Shown here: in pieces, positions 41,495-51,602 of the stretch
Numbering within the stretch: position 1 is the first letter of the stretch
How the letters are laid out: each line of letters begins with the position of its first letter
Program-made: the position numbers and the translations under genes
Source of the DNA: an uncultured delta proteobacterium
Lineage (GTDB): Bacteria > Desulfobacterota > Syntrophorhabdia > Syntrophorhabdales > WCHB1-27
DNA: 64,000 nucleotides
NCBI GenBank assembly: GCA_963810935.1
Contig: CAWEPK010000008.1
Location: 672,001-736,000 of the forward strand
Direction: 5' to 3'
Notes under the pieces: model-generated
What the model was told of the DNA's origin: nothing
Database searches by the model: none
What the model saw: the letters and a program-made list of their open reading frames with translations, nothing else

Positions 41495-43630
41495 TTTCCC
41501 ACCGAATTCAACTGCTGAGGAGATTGCTTCGTAGTCCAGTAACCAAAACCTATCATGAACAATCCGACAGGAATAGTCACGATATTGCCCCATCCTGTTG
41601 CGACACCAGCCTCAATTAGTTCGCAGCCAGCCACTATGAGTCCCGCCCCACCCACTATCATGGTCCCTTTTGCAAGTGTTTGCGAGGCTGTGGAAGGCAC
41701 ATTAATATTTCCCTGCGAATTTGAACTCGTTGCATCAGTTCGTACGTCACCTATGTCTGAGATTTCGTTACGCGCCAGATATACCTTGTTAAGGGCCTGT
41801 ATCTGATCTCCGCCCTGATCAGGAGACAAGCTGGATATCGTCTTAGCCTGAGCCGCCTGAACCTGTTGCTGTTGGCCGCTTTGAACCAGAGAGCTCAGCG
41901 TATAGGCCCCGACGTAGGCAGTTACTGTTGCTAGTCCATAATCTGCTAGACCTTCACGTCCTCCGCGTGCGCACGCTACCACGCCGCCTCCTAACAGACC
42001 CCCTGTCCATACGCCCGCTGCCATCTCCGCTCCACCTTCGGCCCCGGAGAGCATGCTCTGTCCTATATTTCCTCCGTTGAAACCAGCGTTCATGCCGCCT
42101 GCTACTGCACCAGCCGCAGTGCCGGCGATAACAGCACCAGCAAACTGTCCAGCGAGCACAGTCCCTGCACTGCAATATCCGGCAGAACCTTCAATTACGG
42201 AGGTCATGGCAGGGGTCGCCGTTCCGAACGAACTCCACCCCACCCAAGCGGCAGCCGCACCTATAGCCATTCCTTCAAAAACATTCCCACCATGGACCGC
42301 CGCCAGTACGCCCCCAACCACCGCTCCAATAACAGCGGCGCAGAGATCATCCAGTCCGAACCAATGTCCGCTCGGATCAGTATACACCACCGGGTTATTC
42401 AAACAGTAGCTATACCTGTTATAGCTCTGCAGGTCCCCCGGGTCGGGGATTACACTGTCCGCCGATAAGAACCTCCCCAGTACCGGGTCGTAAAGCCTTG
42501 CCTTGAAGTTGTAGAGCCCTACCTCGTCATCGCTCTCCTGATCGGTAAAGGTGTAGTTAACATCGGGGAAGGAAGTACTGTAGTATGACCTCTCCCTAAG
42601 TGAGCCGAAGGGGAAGTATTCTATCTTCTCCTGGATGGCGCCTGCCTGGTCGGTGACTATTGACGCAGAGCCCAGGTGGTCGGGGTGGTAGTATTGCTCG
42701 TAGCCGTCCGTGCGGATGGAGGCCACCCTCTGGCTGCCTGCAAAGAGGTGGATAACGCCTACGGCGCCTCCCGAGGTCGTCCTCTCCTCGTATACCTCCC
42801 CGAAATAGAGAACGGTAGTGGAGGGACCTGTCTTCTTGATCCTCTGCCCGCTGCCGTCATAGGTATAGGTAAGATAGTTGTTGACCCCGTTCTTTGATAT
42901 GGAGACGGGCATGTTGTCCTGGTTGTACGTGAAGCTTAAGGTGTCCCCTCCGGACACGGCCTTCTGGGTCATGTTGCCGTTGGCGTCGTACTGCATGGTG
43001 ATGTTGCCTGCGGACAGCACCGCATGGGGTTGGCTGCCGTAGTTGTACGTGTAGCTGCCTACGTCGGACTTGCAGAGGATGTTGCCTATGGGGTCATAGG
43101 CATAGGTCTGGCTGTAGGTGAAGGCCCCCGCCCCGCTGACTGAGGTGAGACGGTACAGGTTGTCGTAAGCATAAGAATGGGTGAGGCCGGCAAGGGTGTC
43201 CGTCTTTGTGGAGAGGTTGCCCCTCGGATCGAAGGCATAGTGAGAGGTTCTGGTAGGTGGTCGCCGTGCTTCCCTGGACTTGCTGGGTGAGGAGGGTGGC
43301 AATCCTGGCCGTGGCGGGGTTGTATGTGTAGTTAGACACCACCGAGACATTGTTGGGCTTGGGCAGGGTAGCCGTCCCGTACTGGCCCAGGGCCGTGAAG
43401 TTGGAGTATTGGGAGATATACCTCGAGAAGGTATTGTCATAGAGAGAGAGGAGGTTGCCGGCAGGGTCGTAGGCATACGTGTAGGTCCTTACGGATTGGG
43501 TGTTCGGGAAGTACGAGATCTGGTATGTCCTCCCGGCAGAGTCGTAACTCTTGGCTATGGCTACAGGGTTCGATCCTATGTTCTTCTGACTCTGAGCGAC
43601 CCTCTGCATGATGTCGAAGCCGAGTACCAA
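41491..43630 (-). pseudogene. 5'-truncated Rhs/YD-repeat toxin (core plus hydrophobic C-terminal tip), frameshift at about 43240
   Basis: YD repeats, DHLGS, GLYNFKARLYDPVLGRFLSAD, NPVVYTDPSG cleavage motif; no N-terminal region present. Confidence 0.85.
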
Positions 43631-43660
43631 CCAATCGGACCCGACCGCCCATCTTACCTG

Positions 43661-45578
43661 CTAATACTTGATACCCCTTACCCGGTATACAAAATCGTAT
43701 GCCAGGATATCTTCCCACTGATATCCTTTGGACGTGGAGCGCGTATCGTCCGCTCCGCTGTACGATTTGCCGGGTATGAAAAACCAATTCAGCACCGCCT
43801 CGCCCGAATGGCGCAGCACTATCCAGTGCTTCCCTTCCGGCAGCATAGTCTCGTGCGCCCCCTCGGGGAAGGCGAACGTCATCCACGAATAGCCCGGCTT
43901 GCGCGCGAACGTATCGAGGAATACGGGCAGAGAGCGGACGCCCTTAAGGGCCGGCTTGCCGCCTTGGTCCGCGACGAGGTCCATATAGAGCGTGCCGTCG
44001 CCGCCGAACTTATGCATCGCCAGCGCCACCTCGCGTACACGCATGGGCGCGTCGATGGTGAACGCCTGTGCATAGACGTAAGTCGATGTGACGTACTCGG
44101 CAGTCTCCGCGTCGAGCAGCTTCAACCCCCTTCCGCCGGAGATGCTGTACGTTGCAACGAGGCTCGGAAACTCCATGTTGCCGAAGACTACTTCCCTCGG
44201 CGCCGACGGCGGGCGCACGACAGGCGGCTTTTGAGCAACAGGTCCCGGCGGCTGCGGCGGCACTACAGGCTTTACAACGAAGGGCGCAACGGGCGGCTTG
44301 GGCGGCGTCACGGGCGGCTTTTGTATGCCGGGGGCGTGGCCCGCGGACCCGGCCGTCGCCCCTGCGGCCCCGGTTGACCCTGCCGCAGCCTCCCGCCTCT
44401 GCCCCCTGCCCTTCAGGCGGACCTGCTGAAGTCACGCCCGTCGGCATCTCCGGCAGTCCGGCGAACGCCTGAAGGTCGTTGCTCATCACGTACGACTTCG
44501 GCGCGTCCTGCATCAGCACGGGATGCACCTTGACCGCGTCCTCCAGGAAGCGCGCGTCGATTATGCTCGTATAGGCAGGGGCGTAAGGAATGCCCGTCCA
44601 GCTTTCGGCAATCTCGCTCGTGTCCGTTCCGTGGGACTCCTTCACGTGGCGCGTAGATGTGAACTGCTTTGACTGCTTGGGGTCGTAGGAGAGCCAGCCG
44701 AGGTCCGGGAAATAGACCTCAATCCACGCGTGGCCTCCCTTGCCCATCGTCTGCACGAGGCTCCGCACACCGTCCATCGGCACCTTGAGCTGCTTATCGA
44801 GGGTCGTCCCACCGACCACGCGCGCGGGGATGCCCGCGGCCCGCAGGAGCGCGGCGGAGAGATGGGCCGAGTTCGAGCAATTGCCCGACCGGTCGCGCAG
44901 CGTCGATACCGCGTCGTAGTTCATAGGGTTGAAAACGTACCTGATGTTGTCCGCCACGTAGTTGATGACAGCAGTCACCACCTGGAATTCCGTAATGGCG
45001 TTGCCGGCCAACTCCCGCGAGAGGGCCTGTACTTCCGGGCTGTCGACCTGCACGAGGGGAGTGCCCTTGAGGTATTGCCGCTCCGCGGCGCCCAGGCCTT
45101 TCAGGGGAAAGGACACCCTGCTCTCCATCTTGGCGAGGGTCGCTACCACGCGCGCATCGAACACGACTTTGATCTCAGGGTCCGTCTTCAGGTTGTACCA
45201 TGTGACTTTTCTGCGTAGGTTGCCGAGGCGGTCCTGCTCGTCCGAAACGCGGTCAGGCTTGGGCTTGATATCGAATTTGACGTTGCTGACCTTTTGCCCG
45301 AGCACCCGGTTGGAGAAGCTCGGCGGCACGGCCAGATCGACGGTAAGCTCCGAGAGCGGACGGTCTACGGTCCAGCGCATCTCCTTCGAGATGCGCAGCT
45401 CGCTTTCGAGCCGCCCCTCAAGGATGATCGTGTCGCAGTAAGCCGGCCGCGGTATGAGCGCAAAGGCGACGCAGAGGGCGGCGGCGGCGGCAAAGGCCAC
45501 CGACGCCGCACCTATTGCGCCGCCTGAAGCACCCCGCGCAGCGCCGCAGCCGCGCGGGCGGGATGATGCCATTCTCAT
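43661..45578 (-). CDS. Exported transglutaminase-like protein with Pro-rich linker and C-terminal beta domain (apparent frameshift at about 44389)
   Basis: Triad GNCSN / GHAWIE / YDP; removing one base joins ORFs 44010 and 43661. Confidence 0.82.
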
Positions 45579-46519
45579 TTCAATACGAAGGCGATCTTTG
45601 CGCCGGCGAGGAAGTTCGTCTTCTGGTTCGCCGTGAAGATCCTGGCCGCGTCATCGTCCGTGACCTGCAGGTCCGTCGGTCCTGCCGTCCCGGCCGCTCT
45701 GACTATCAGCGGGTTGCGGACGCCCCTTCCCTGGAGAGCGCTTTTCGCCTTATCCACACTGTTCGTATATTCACCACAGCCCTTCTCGACGAGTATCTTC
45801 TGCGCCACTCGCGACGGGTCGTAGAGCACCTGGCCCTTGACCGTGAATATCCGGTTGATCAGGGCGGGCCGGAACGCCTGGCCGGTCGCGTCGATTATCA
45901 CGCCGTCATACGACTCTACGGGAATCGGCGTCACAACGGGACGCGGGGCCACCGGAGGGGCCGGGGTATTTATCATGGGCGCGATGGCCGGGTCGCCCAT
46001 GAGCCGCCTGTACATCACGTCACTGAAGCTGGCCGGGCCGTTCAGGCCGACCTTGACCAGGACAGTCGCCGAGCCCTCGCGGTCGTTGTAGTCCTTGTAG
46101 ATCACCTGCGCGCCCTTAATGAAGGCGCTGACAGCGGACCTTACCGTATCGTACCTTACCTGCATGTCCCTCGTCGTCGTATCGCCGACTACGGCCACCC
46201 CGTCTAAGAACTGGGCGAGGTTCCTGTAGGCGATGACTTCGGCCGCGCGCTCCGCGGTAAGCCGCCTCTGGCCCAAGGTCGTTGCGCCTGTCGATGGGAG
46301 GCCCTGGCCCTCCATGACGATATAGCCGTCCGTAAAGGCCTGGGTTACCGTTTTCGTTATCGCAAGGCTCTCCTGGGCGAGCCATCTGTTAGTTGCCGCG
46401 AACCGCTCGTCCGCCTGCGAGATGCCGGTCTGTTGGGCAAAGGCGTTGCCCGCCACTGACGCAAGCGCGGCGAGTACAACGAAAGCGAGGACCGGGTGAA
46501 TGAACAGCGTCTTCTTCAT
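45575..46519 (-). CDS. Exported LPP20-like protein
   Basis: Signal peptide; AERAAEVIAYRNL, GVIIDA, PALINRI. Confidence 0.65.
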   Translation of the reverse strand: MKKTLFIHPVLAFVVLAALASVAGNAFAQQTGISQADERFAATNRWLAQESLAITKTVTQAFTDGYIVMEGQGLPSTGATTLGQRRLTAERAAEVIAYRNLAQFLDGVAVVGDTTTRDMQVRYDTVRSAVSAFIKGAQVIYKDYNDREGSATVLVKVGLNGPASFSDVMYRRLMGDPAIAPMINTPAPPVAPRPVVTPIPVESYDGVIIDATGQAFRPALINRIFTVKGQVLYDPSRVAQKILVEKGCGEYTNSVDKAKSALQGRGVRNPLIVRAAGTAGPTDLQVTDDDAARIFTANQKTNFLAGAKIAFVLK

Positions 46520-46536
46520 GGCAACCTCCTTCCTGC

Positions 46537-47739
46537 TTAATGACCATACATCTTCTGTTTCAGTGCCCTAACCGCAAGCACCGCGTCGGCCCCGGTAACC
46601 GGGTCGTCCACCCCGAAGGCGCCGCTCGTCTCCCCCTCCATCAGCCCGCGCGTAGTCGCGTTCATCACTGCGTTGTAGTAGCGCGACGTGGGCTTGATGT
46701 CTGTGAAGGGGGACTTGTCGTGCCCCAGGTAAGCGGACGCGATTTTCTCGTCCCGCGTGACCTTGATAAGAATATCTTCAAGGATGAAGGCCATCTCGCC
46801 CCGTTTGACCGCCTTTGCGCCCTGGAAGAGATAGGCCCCAGTGGTGCTGTCGTAGGACGGCTCCAGGCCCCTCAGGTTCCACCTCAGGACGGTGAGGATC
46901 TCGTCGCGCGCAGGGCTCGCCGCGATGTCGACGGGTACGGGCAGCGGATGGCGGCCGGATGTAGCCTTGAGGTTGAGCGCGTCAGGCCCCAGCTCGTGCG
47001 TCAAAAGCGAGGTAAGCTGTGCGCGGCTGACCGTCTCTTTGACCGCGAGCCGCTTGCCGAGGTCGGAGACAGTTACGCCCGCCATGGCGCGCACGGCGCG
47101 GTCCGTCCGCATCCATGCAGCATCGGCCTTCGGAATCCACCTGCTCTGGGTCTTGGCGTTGAGAACGGCCTTGAACCTGCCCTTGGCAGCGTCGAAGTCC
47201 AGGGCCTCTTTATAGGCCAGGCCCATGTAGTAGTCGGCTGCCTCCCTGCCCTCGTAGTAGGGCAGCTCGGCGTCCTTGACATTGGCACCGTCGGCGCGGT
47301 TGTAGGCAGCTTTCGCGGTCTTTATGAAGTCCGGCCTGGCGAGGATCGTCTGGGTACGTATCACGGCTATCGCATGGGCGAACTTGTCTGCGGCCGCGGA
47401 TGCCTGCGAGTCGGCTTTTTTCAGGGAGTCTTCCATCCGTTTTTCGATTGCCGCTCTGGCGGCTGCGTCGGGCGCGGCAACAGCCTCTTTCGCCGCGATG
47501 ATCGCCAAGCCGTCATGGGCCGGGGGCAAATTAGCCTGACAGTAAAGGGCGCGCTCAAGCCTGTTGCTCGCAGCCTGGAGGTCTCCCTTCTCGATCAGCT
47601 CCATGCCCTTGATGTAATGCAGCCGGGGGTTGTCCTCGGGGCCGGTGCACTTCGCCACCTTGCCGGCCGAACAGCCCCAGCCGCCCGCGAGCATAATCAA
47701 GACGACGAACATTATGCCGAACCTGCAGCCACTCCTCAT
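46537..47739 (-). CDS. Lipoprotein with TPR-like repeats and C-terminal SLH-like domain
   Basis: Lipobox-like GWGC; PFTDI...YYNAV...GLMEG...F...VTGADA. Confidence 0.72.
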   Translation of the reverse strand: MRSGCRFGIMFVVLIMLAGGWGCSAGKVAKCTGPEDNPRLHYIKGMELIEKGDLQAASNRLERALYCQANLPPAHDGLAIIAAKEAVAAPDAAARAAIEKRMEDSLKKADSQASAAADKFAHAIAVIRTQTILARPDFIKTAKAAYNRADGANVKDAELPYYEGREAADYYMGLAYKEALDFDAAKGRFKAVLNAKTQSRWIPKADAAWMRTDRAVRAMAGVTVSDLGKRLAVKETVSRAQLTSLLTHELGPDALNLKATSGRHPLPVPVDIAASPARDEILTVLRWNLRGLEPSYDSTTGAYLFQGAKAVKRGEMAFILEDILIKVTRDEKIASAYLGHDKSPFTDIKPTSRYYNAVMNATTRGLMEGETSGAFGVDDPVTGADAVLAVRALKQKMYGH

Positions 47740-47797
47740 ATCGTCCTCCTTATAGATACCTGCCGAAAAGATACCGGCCTTTATCTCCGTTTCCGCG

Positions 47798-48928
47798 TCA
47801 GAATGAAATCCCTCGCGCTTTCAACGCTTTGCCCGCGCTGATGCTGCCCTGTCTTGCGGCAGTCATGAGGTCCTGGATCGCCTGTTGCCTGTTGCCGAGC
47901 CTGTCGTGCGTATTGCCTCTGTTATAGTAGGCCGCGGTGAAGCCGGGATCGAGCGACACGGCCTTGTCGAAGTCGGCGAGCGCCCGCTGGTAATCGCGCA
48001 GCCTGACATAGACGTCCCCCCGGTTGTTGAACGCCTGCGCGAAGCGTGGGTCGAGCGACACGGCCTTGTCGAAGTCGGCGAGCGCCCTCTGGTGCCTGCC
48101 GAGCCTGTTGTTGAGGTTTCCCCTGTTGTAGCGGATAGTCGCGACGTTGGGGCCAAGGGCGACCGCCCGGTCCAGGTCTCTGGCGGCCCGCGTGTAGTCG
48201 CTCAGCCGCGCGTAGCACTTCCCCCGGTTGTTGTAGGCCGGGGCGTATGCCGGGTTGATACTGATCGCCATATCGTACGCCTTTATTGCCTCGCGGAAAT
48301 CTCCCGCCATCTCGCTCGTGTATCCTTTTTCAAACCAATCGAGGGCCTTGAGGGCCCCTATATTCTTCTGGTATGCAGCCAGGGCCGGCCCTTTTACTGC
48401 ATCGTCCGAGGAAGCCAGGGCGCCCCTCAGCCTCTCGTTCTCGGCAAGCAGCGCGGAGACGTTCTTCCGCAGGTCTTCAAGCTCCCTCGTCTTCTCCACG
48501 TCTCTCCTGAGCCTGTCGATCGACCTCGCGATCTCGTCCGGGTCGGCGGCCACCCGCGCCTTCAGATAAAACAGGCGGCCGTCCCATTTCTCGGCGAGTA
48601 CCTCCGTCGAGACAACGCCCGCCGTGTACATGACGACCTGGTCGCTCGTTATCCTGAAATCCTTCACTTCCGTTCTGGTTTCGAGGTAGACGCCTATCTC
48701 TTCGAGTATGAGCCTCTTTACCTCCCGCATGGCGCACGCCCTGCTCGAGTTCCTGCTGTCGTCGTCGCCGGCTTGGTACGTGTATTCCCTCTCGAAGGTC
48801 CGGGTTTCGGCGTTGGCCGGGCCGTAGAGGAAAAGGCCGAGCACGGCCCCTATAAGCACGGTCGCCATCCGCCTGGAGTTTATTTTGGAATGGGCTTCGG
48901 CACTGTGATGCGCTTCAGTCATCATCAA
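47798..48928 (-). CDS. Exported TPR-repeat protein
   Basis: Signal/TM segment, coiled coil, AYNNRG/YNRG...D.DKAVSLDP repeats. Confidence 0.85.
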   Translation of the reverse strand: MMMTEAHHSAEAHSKINSRRMATVLIGAVLGLFLYGPANAETRTFEREYTYQAGDDDSRNSSRACAMREVKRLILEEIGVYLETRTEVKDFRITSDQVVMYTAGVVSTEVLAEKWDGRLFYLKARVAADPDEIARSIDRLRRDVEKTRELEDLRKNVSALLAENERLRGALASSDDAVKGPALAAYQKNIGALKALDWFEKGYTSEMAGDFREAIKAYDMAISINPAYAPAYNNRGKCYARLSDYTRAARDLDRAVALGPNVATIRYNRGNLNNRLGRHQRALADFDKAVSLDPRFAQAFNNRGDVYVRLRDYQRALADFDKAVSLDPGFTAAYYNRGNTHDRLGNRQQAIQDLMTAARQGSISAGKALKARGISF

Positions 48929-49169
48929 CCCCCCATCTCTCTATTCGGGTGAAGCCATTAAACTACCTCTCGGTAGCGCGATATGACGACTGACCGGCAT
49001 CCGGCTTCTCGGCACGCCGAGAGCGGCAGCTGTAGCTTCTGCCTTTTTCCCGAGAGCCGACTAAAGTCATAATGCACGTCGCTGCTCGCTGTCAAGAACT
49101 ATTTGCAGTCCGAATAACCCCGAAAGCGCGTAATCACTCGACAATTTTGTCAGGTGCCCTTCCCTTCCC

Positions 49170-50282
49170 CTACTTTTTAGGCACCAGATAGCCGGCGGCC
49201 ATCGCCTGCCCGTAGTCGCGCATAAACTTCGAGCCTATCGCATCGAGCGGCGAGGATGTCATCCGCTCCCTGAAAACCACCACCTCCACGCCCGGCAGAA
49301 GGCTTTTGAGGGCATAAGCCAGGGGGATGCCGTTCTCGATGATCTCCAGGGCGTGGGAGTTGCCGACTATCACGGTCAGGCCGAGCTCTTTGGCCGCCTT
49401 GACGAGGGGATGGTCCTCCCTGGCGTGGCTGATCGACATGATCAGCGTATTGATCTCCGGGTACTGCTTCTTGAACTCCCGCACCTGCTGGGCGGTGAAG
49501 CCCGTGTGCGGGAAGATGTGCAGGACTGTGCCCACCGGGTTGTCGGCTGACCCGTTCATGATGTAGCCCGCAGCGGCGACGCTCGTCTCCTGGAGTGCCG
49601 GCGACTGGCGGTCCCTGCGTTCCGTCTCAAGCACGGCCTTCTCGCGGGCCAGGTCCGCGTACTCGTTGAGCCGCTTTATGATGTCGCCTGCCTTCTTTAC
49701 ACCGGGCAGGGGTTTGCCGACGAAGACGACGTTGCCAGGAATGCCGCCGTAAGCGACATCGACCTTGAAGGGCATGTGGCCGTGGATGATCGCTATGCCG
49801 GGATGGCGCCCGTGGAATGCCTCGTGCGCCTCGAAAACAGCCAGGTTATAAAGGCGCACGTAGCCGCGAAGGGGCACGCCGCCCGAGCTTGCCGCGTCAG
49901 CCACAGGGTGGTGGACGACGATTGCATCGACGCCGGTTGCGCCTGCAAGCTCGATGGCGCTCTCAGTCAAGGTCATGCCGACGGCGAGCTTGCGGACAGG
50001 GGCCTTCGGGTCGCCAACAACGAGCCCCGGCGTCTCTGTGATCGCCTTGCCCGGTATGTCGGAGCTTTTAGTCACGACGAACGGGTTGCCGGTGCCGAAA
50101 GGTATATCCGGCCTAACAATGCAGCCGCCGTTGGTGATTACATTGAGCGCCTGGAGCACGTCGCCGACGGTGGTCGCTTTCTCCTGCGCGAACACAGGCC
50201 CGCACGCACCGGCCGCCAGCACCGCAAGGGTTGCCATGATTAACGCCGAAAAAAGAACTATCGCGCCTTTCCTGAGAGACAT
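49170..50282 (-). CDS. Nif3-like dinuclear metal protein with signal peptide
   Basis: DAIVVHHP, HEAFH, SHALE; N-terminal signal ending VFA-QEK. Confidence 0.7.
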   Translation of the reverse strand: MSLRKGAIVLFSALIMATLAVLAAGACGPVFAQEKATTVGDVLQALNVITNGGCIVRPDIPFGTGNPFVVTKSSDIPGKAITETPGLVVGDPKAPVRKLAVGMTLTESAIELAGATGVDAIVVHHPVADAASSGGVPLRGYVRLYNLAVFEAHEAFHGRHPGIAIIHGHMPFKVDVAYGGIPGNVVFVGKPLPGVKKAGDIIKRLNEYADLAREKAVLETERRDRQSPALQETSVAAAGYIMNGSADNPVGTVLHIFPHTGFTAQQVREFKKQYPEINTLIMSISHAREDHPLVKAAKELGLTVIVGNSHALEIIENGIPLAYALKSLLPGVEVVVFRERMTSSPLDAIGSKFMRDYGQAMAAGYLVPKK

Positions 50283-50465
50283 CCACTGCCTCCTAAAATC
50301 ATCAATGTATCGCTGCTCTATCGACCGGCGAATGACTAAGCCAATTCTATCATTGGGAAGGGCGGATGGTCGAGGGAAATCTGCATAGGCCGGGCCCGAA
50401 GTCTTTTGTTCCGGGCGATACAGAAAAACGTTGACAGCCCCGCCGTAACCGTTATAAGAATAGAC

Positions 50466-50570
50466 ATCTCAAAAGCCAGACCACCCGAGCCGATGGGACG
50501 TAAAGCCAAACGGGCTTAAGACTAGCTCGCCTCGATCATCAACAACAAGAAAGCCTGACTGCCGAGCGGT
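50466..50570 (+). ncRNA. GEMM-I (c-di-GMP-I / c-AMP-GMP) riboswitch-like leader
   Basis: CCA...TGGGACGTAAAGCC...GGGCTTAAG...AGCCTGACTGCCGAG, downstream of the TTGACA...TATAAG promoter (50431-50458). Confidence 0.6.
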
Positions 50571-50767
50571 CTCCAAGGAGCGCCTCTGTGACAGGTGCGA
50601 TTCTCGCTTTAGTGCCTCAAGTGCGTTCCTTGCGTTTCGTCCTACCTCATGCCATGCACCCGTCTCCGGCGTCCGGGCATTACTTGCGGACAAGAGAAAC
50701 GGCAAAGGATACATCAGGAAAATAAGAGGCGCTCTCCGGAAACGATAAAAAAGGAGGGAATTAGAAC

Positions 50768-51556
50768 ATGAATGGAAAAGCAGTAGTCCTGGTAATGCTG
50801 GGGCTGATAACGCTGAGCGCTTGCGCGATGGGTCCGACAGCTCCGACCGTGATCGTGATGCCCGCACCCGGCGTCCCCCTTGAGAAGTTCCAGGCCGATG
50901 ACGTTGCGTGCAGGCAATGGGCCGACCAGCAGATAGGTGGGGCGTCGGCCGCCGATACGGCCAATCAGAGCGCCCTCAGGGGGGGCGTGCTGGGCACGCT
51001 CTTAGGGGCCGGCCTGGGGGCGGCAATCGGCGGCGCCACGGGCAATGCGGGCGCGGGGGCCGCAATCGGCGGCGCCACAGGTCTCGCCGGCGGTACCGCA
51101 GTGGGAAGCAACGCGGGCGCACAAGCGGCGGCCCAGCTCCAGAAGCGCTATGATATAGCTTACATGCAGTGCATGTATACAAAGGGACACCAGACCCCGG
51201 CAGGCTTCTCGCCGCAGCCCGTAAACCAGCAGGCAAGCGGAGCGGATGTCACGCCCCAGGCTGAAGCTCAGGCCCAAGTCCTCGAAGCCGATGCCGCCGA
51301 CTCAACGCCGATCGATGTAACGAAGATCGACTTCGGCAACGGGCAGGGGGCAAAACCGAAGACAAAGAGCGCTGCATCCAAACGTATCACGGAGGTACAG
51401 CAGTTGCTGAACCAAAAGGGATACGCAGTGGGCGCGCCCGACGGAAAAATGGGAGCGAAGACCAAAGCGGCCATCGTGAAGTTTCAGACCGATAAGAAGC
51501 TGAAGGTCACAGGCACGCCGACGACGGAAACCGTTAGCAAGCTGAAGGAGCCGTGA
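50768..51556 (+). CDS. Glycine-zipper lipoprotein with C-terminal peptidoglycan-binding domain
   Basis: Lipobox LSAC, Gly zipper, YMQCM, VQQLL...GY...DG.MG.KT..AI..FQ. Confidence 0.85.
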   Translation: MNGKAVVLVMLGLITLSACAMGPTAPTVIVMPAPGVPLEKFQADDVACRQWADQQIGGASAADTANQSALRGGVLGTLLGAGLGAAIGGATGNAGAGAAIGGATGLAGGTAVGSNAGAQAAAQLQKRYDIAYMQCMYTKGHQTPAGFSPQPVNQQASGADVTPQAEAQAQVLEADAADSTPIDVTKIDFGNGQGAKPKTKSAASKRITEVQQLLNQKGYAVGAPDGKMGAKTKAAIVKFQTDKKLKVTGTPTTETVSKLKEP

Positions 51557-51602
51557 TCGCGCCCGAAGGCAGGAATGTGAAAAAGCGCAAGGAGGCAAGG
51601 AT

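Noticed and set aside
1797..45578. Calling the split IclR, isomerase, LivMG, GlcD-like, AmpG and transglutaminase genes pseudogenes or programmed frameshifts
   Set aside because: Each has one indel at AGCT, no slippery heptamer and no other decay; systematic sequencing error is more parsimonious
22972..48952. Long antisense ORFs (e.g. 22972..24012, 27602..28765, 32281..33384, 33490..34668, 43280..44377, 46540..47841, 47885..48952)
   Set aside because: Shadows of well-supported genes on the opposite strand in GC-rich DNA; no recognisable motifs
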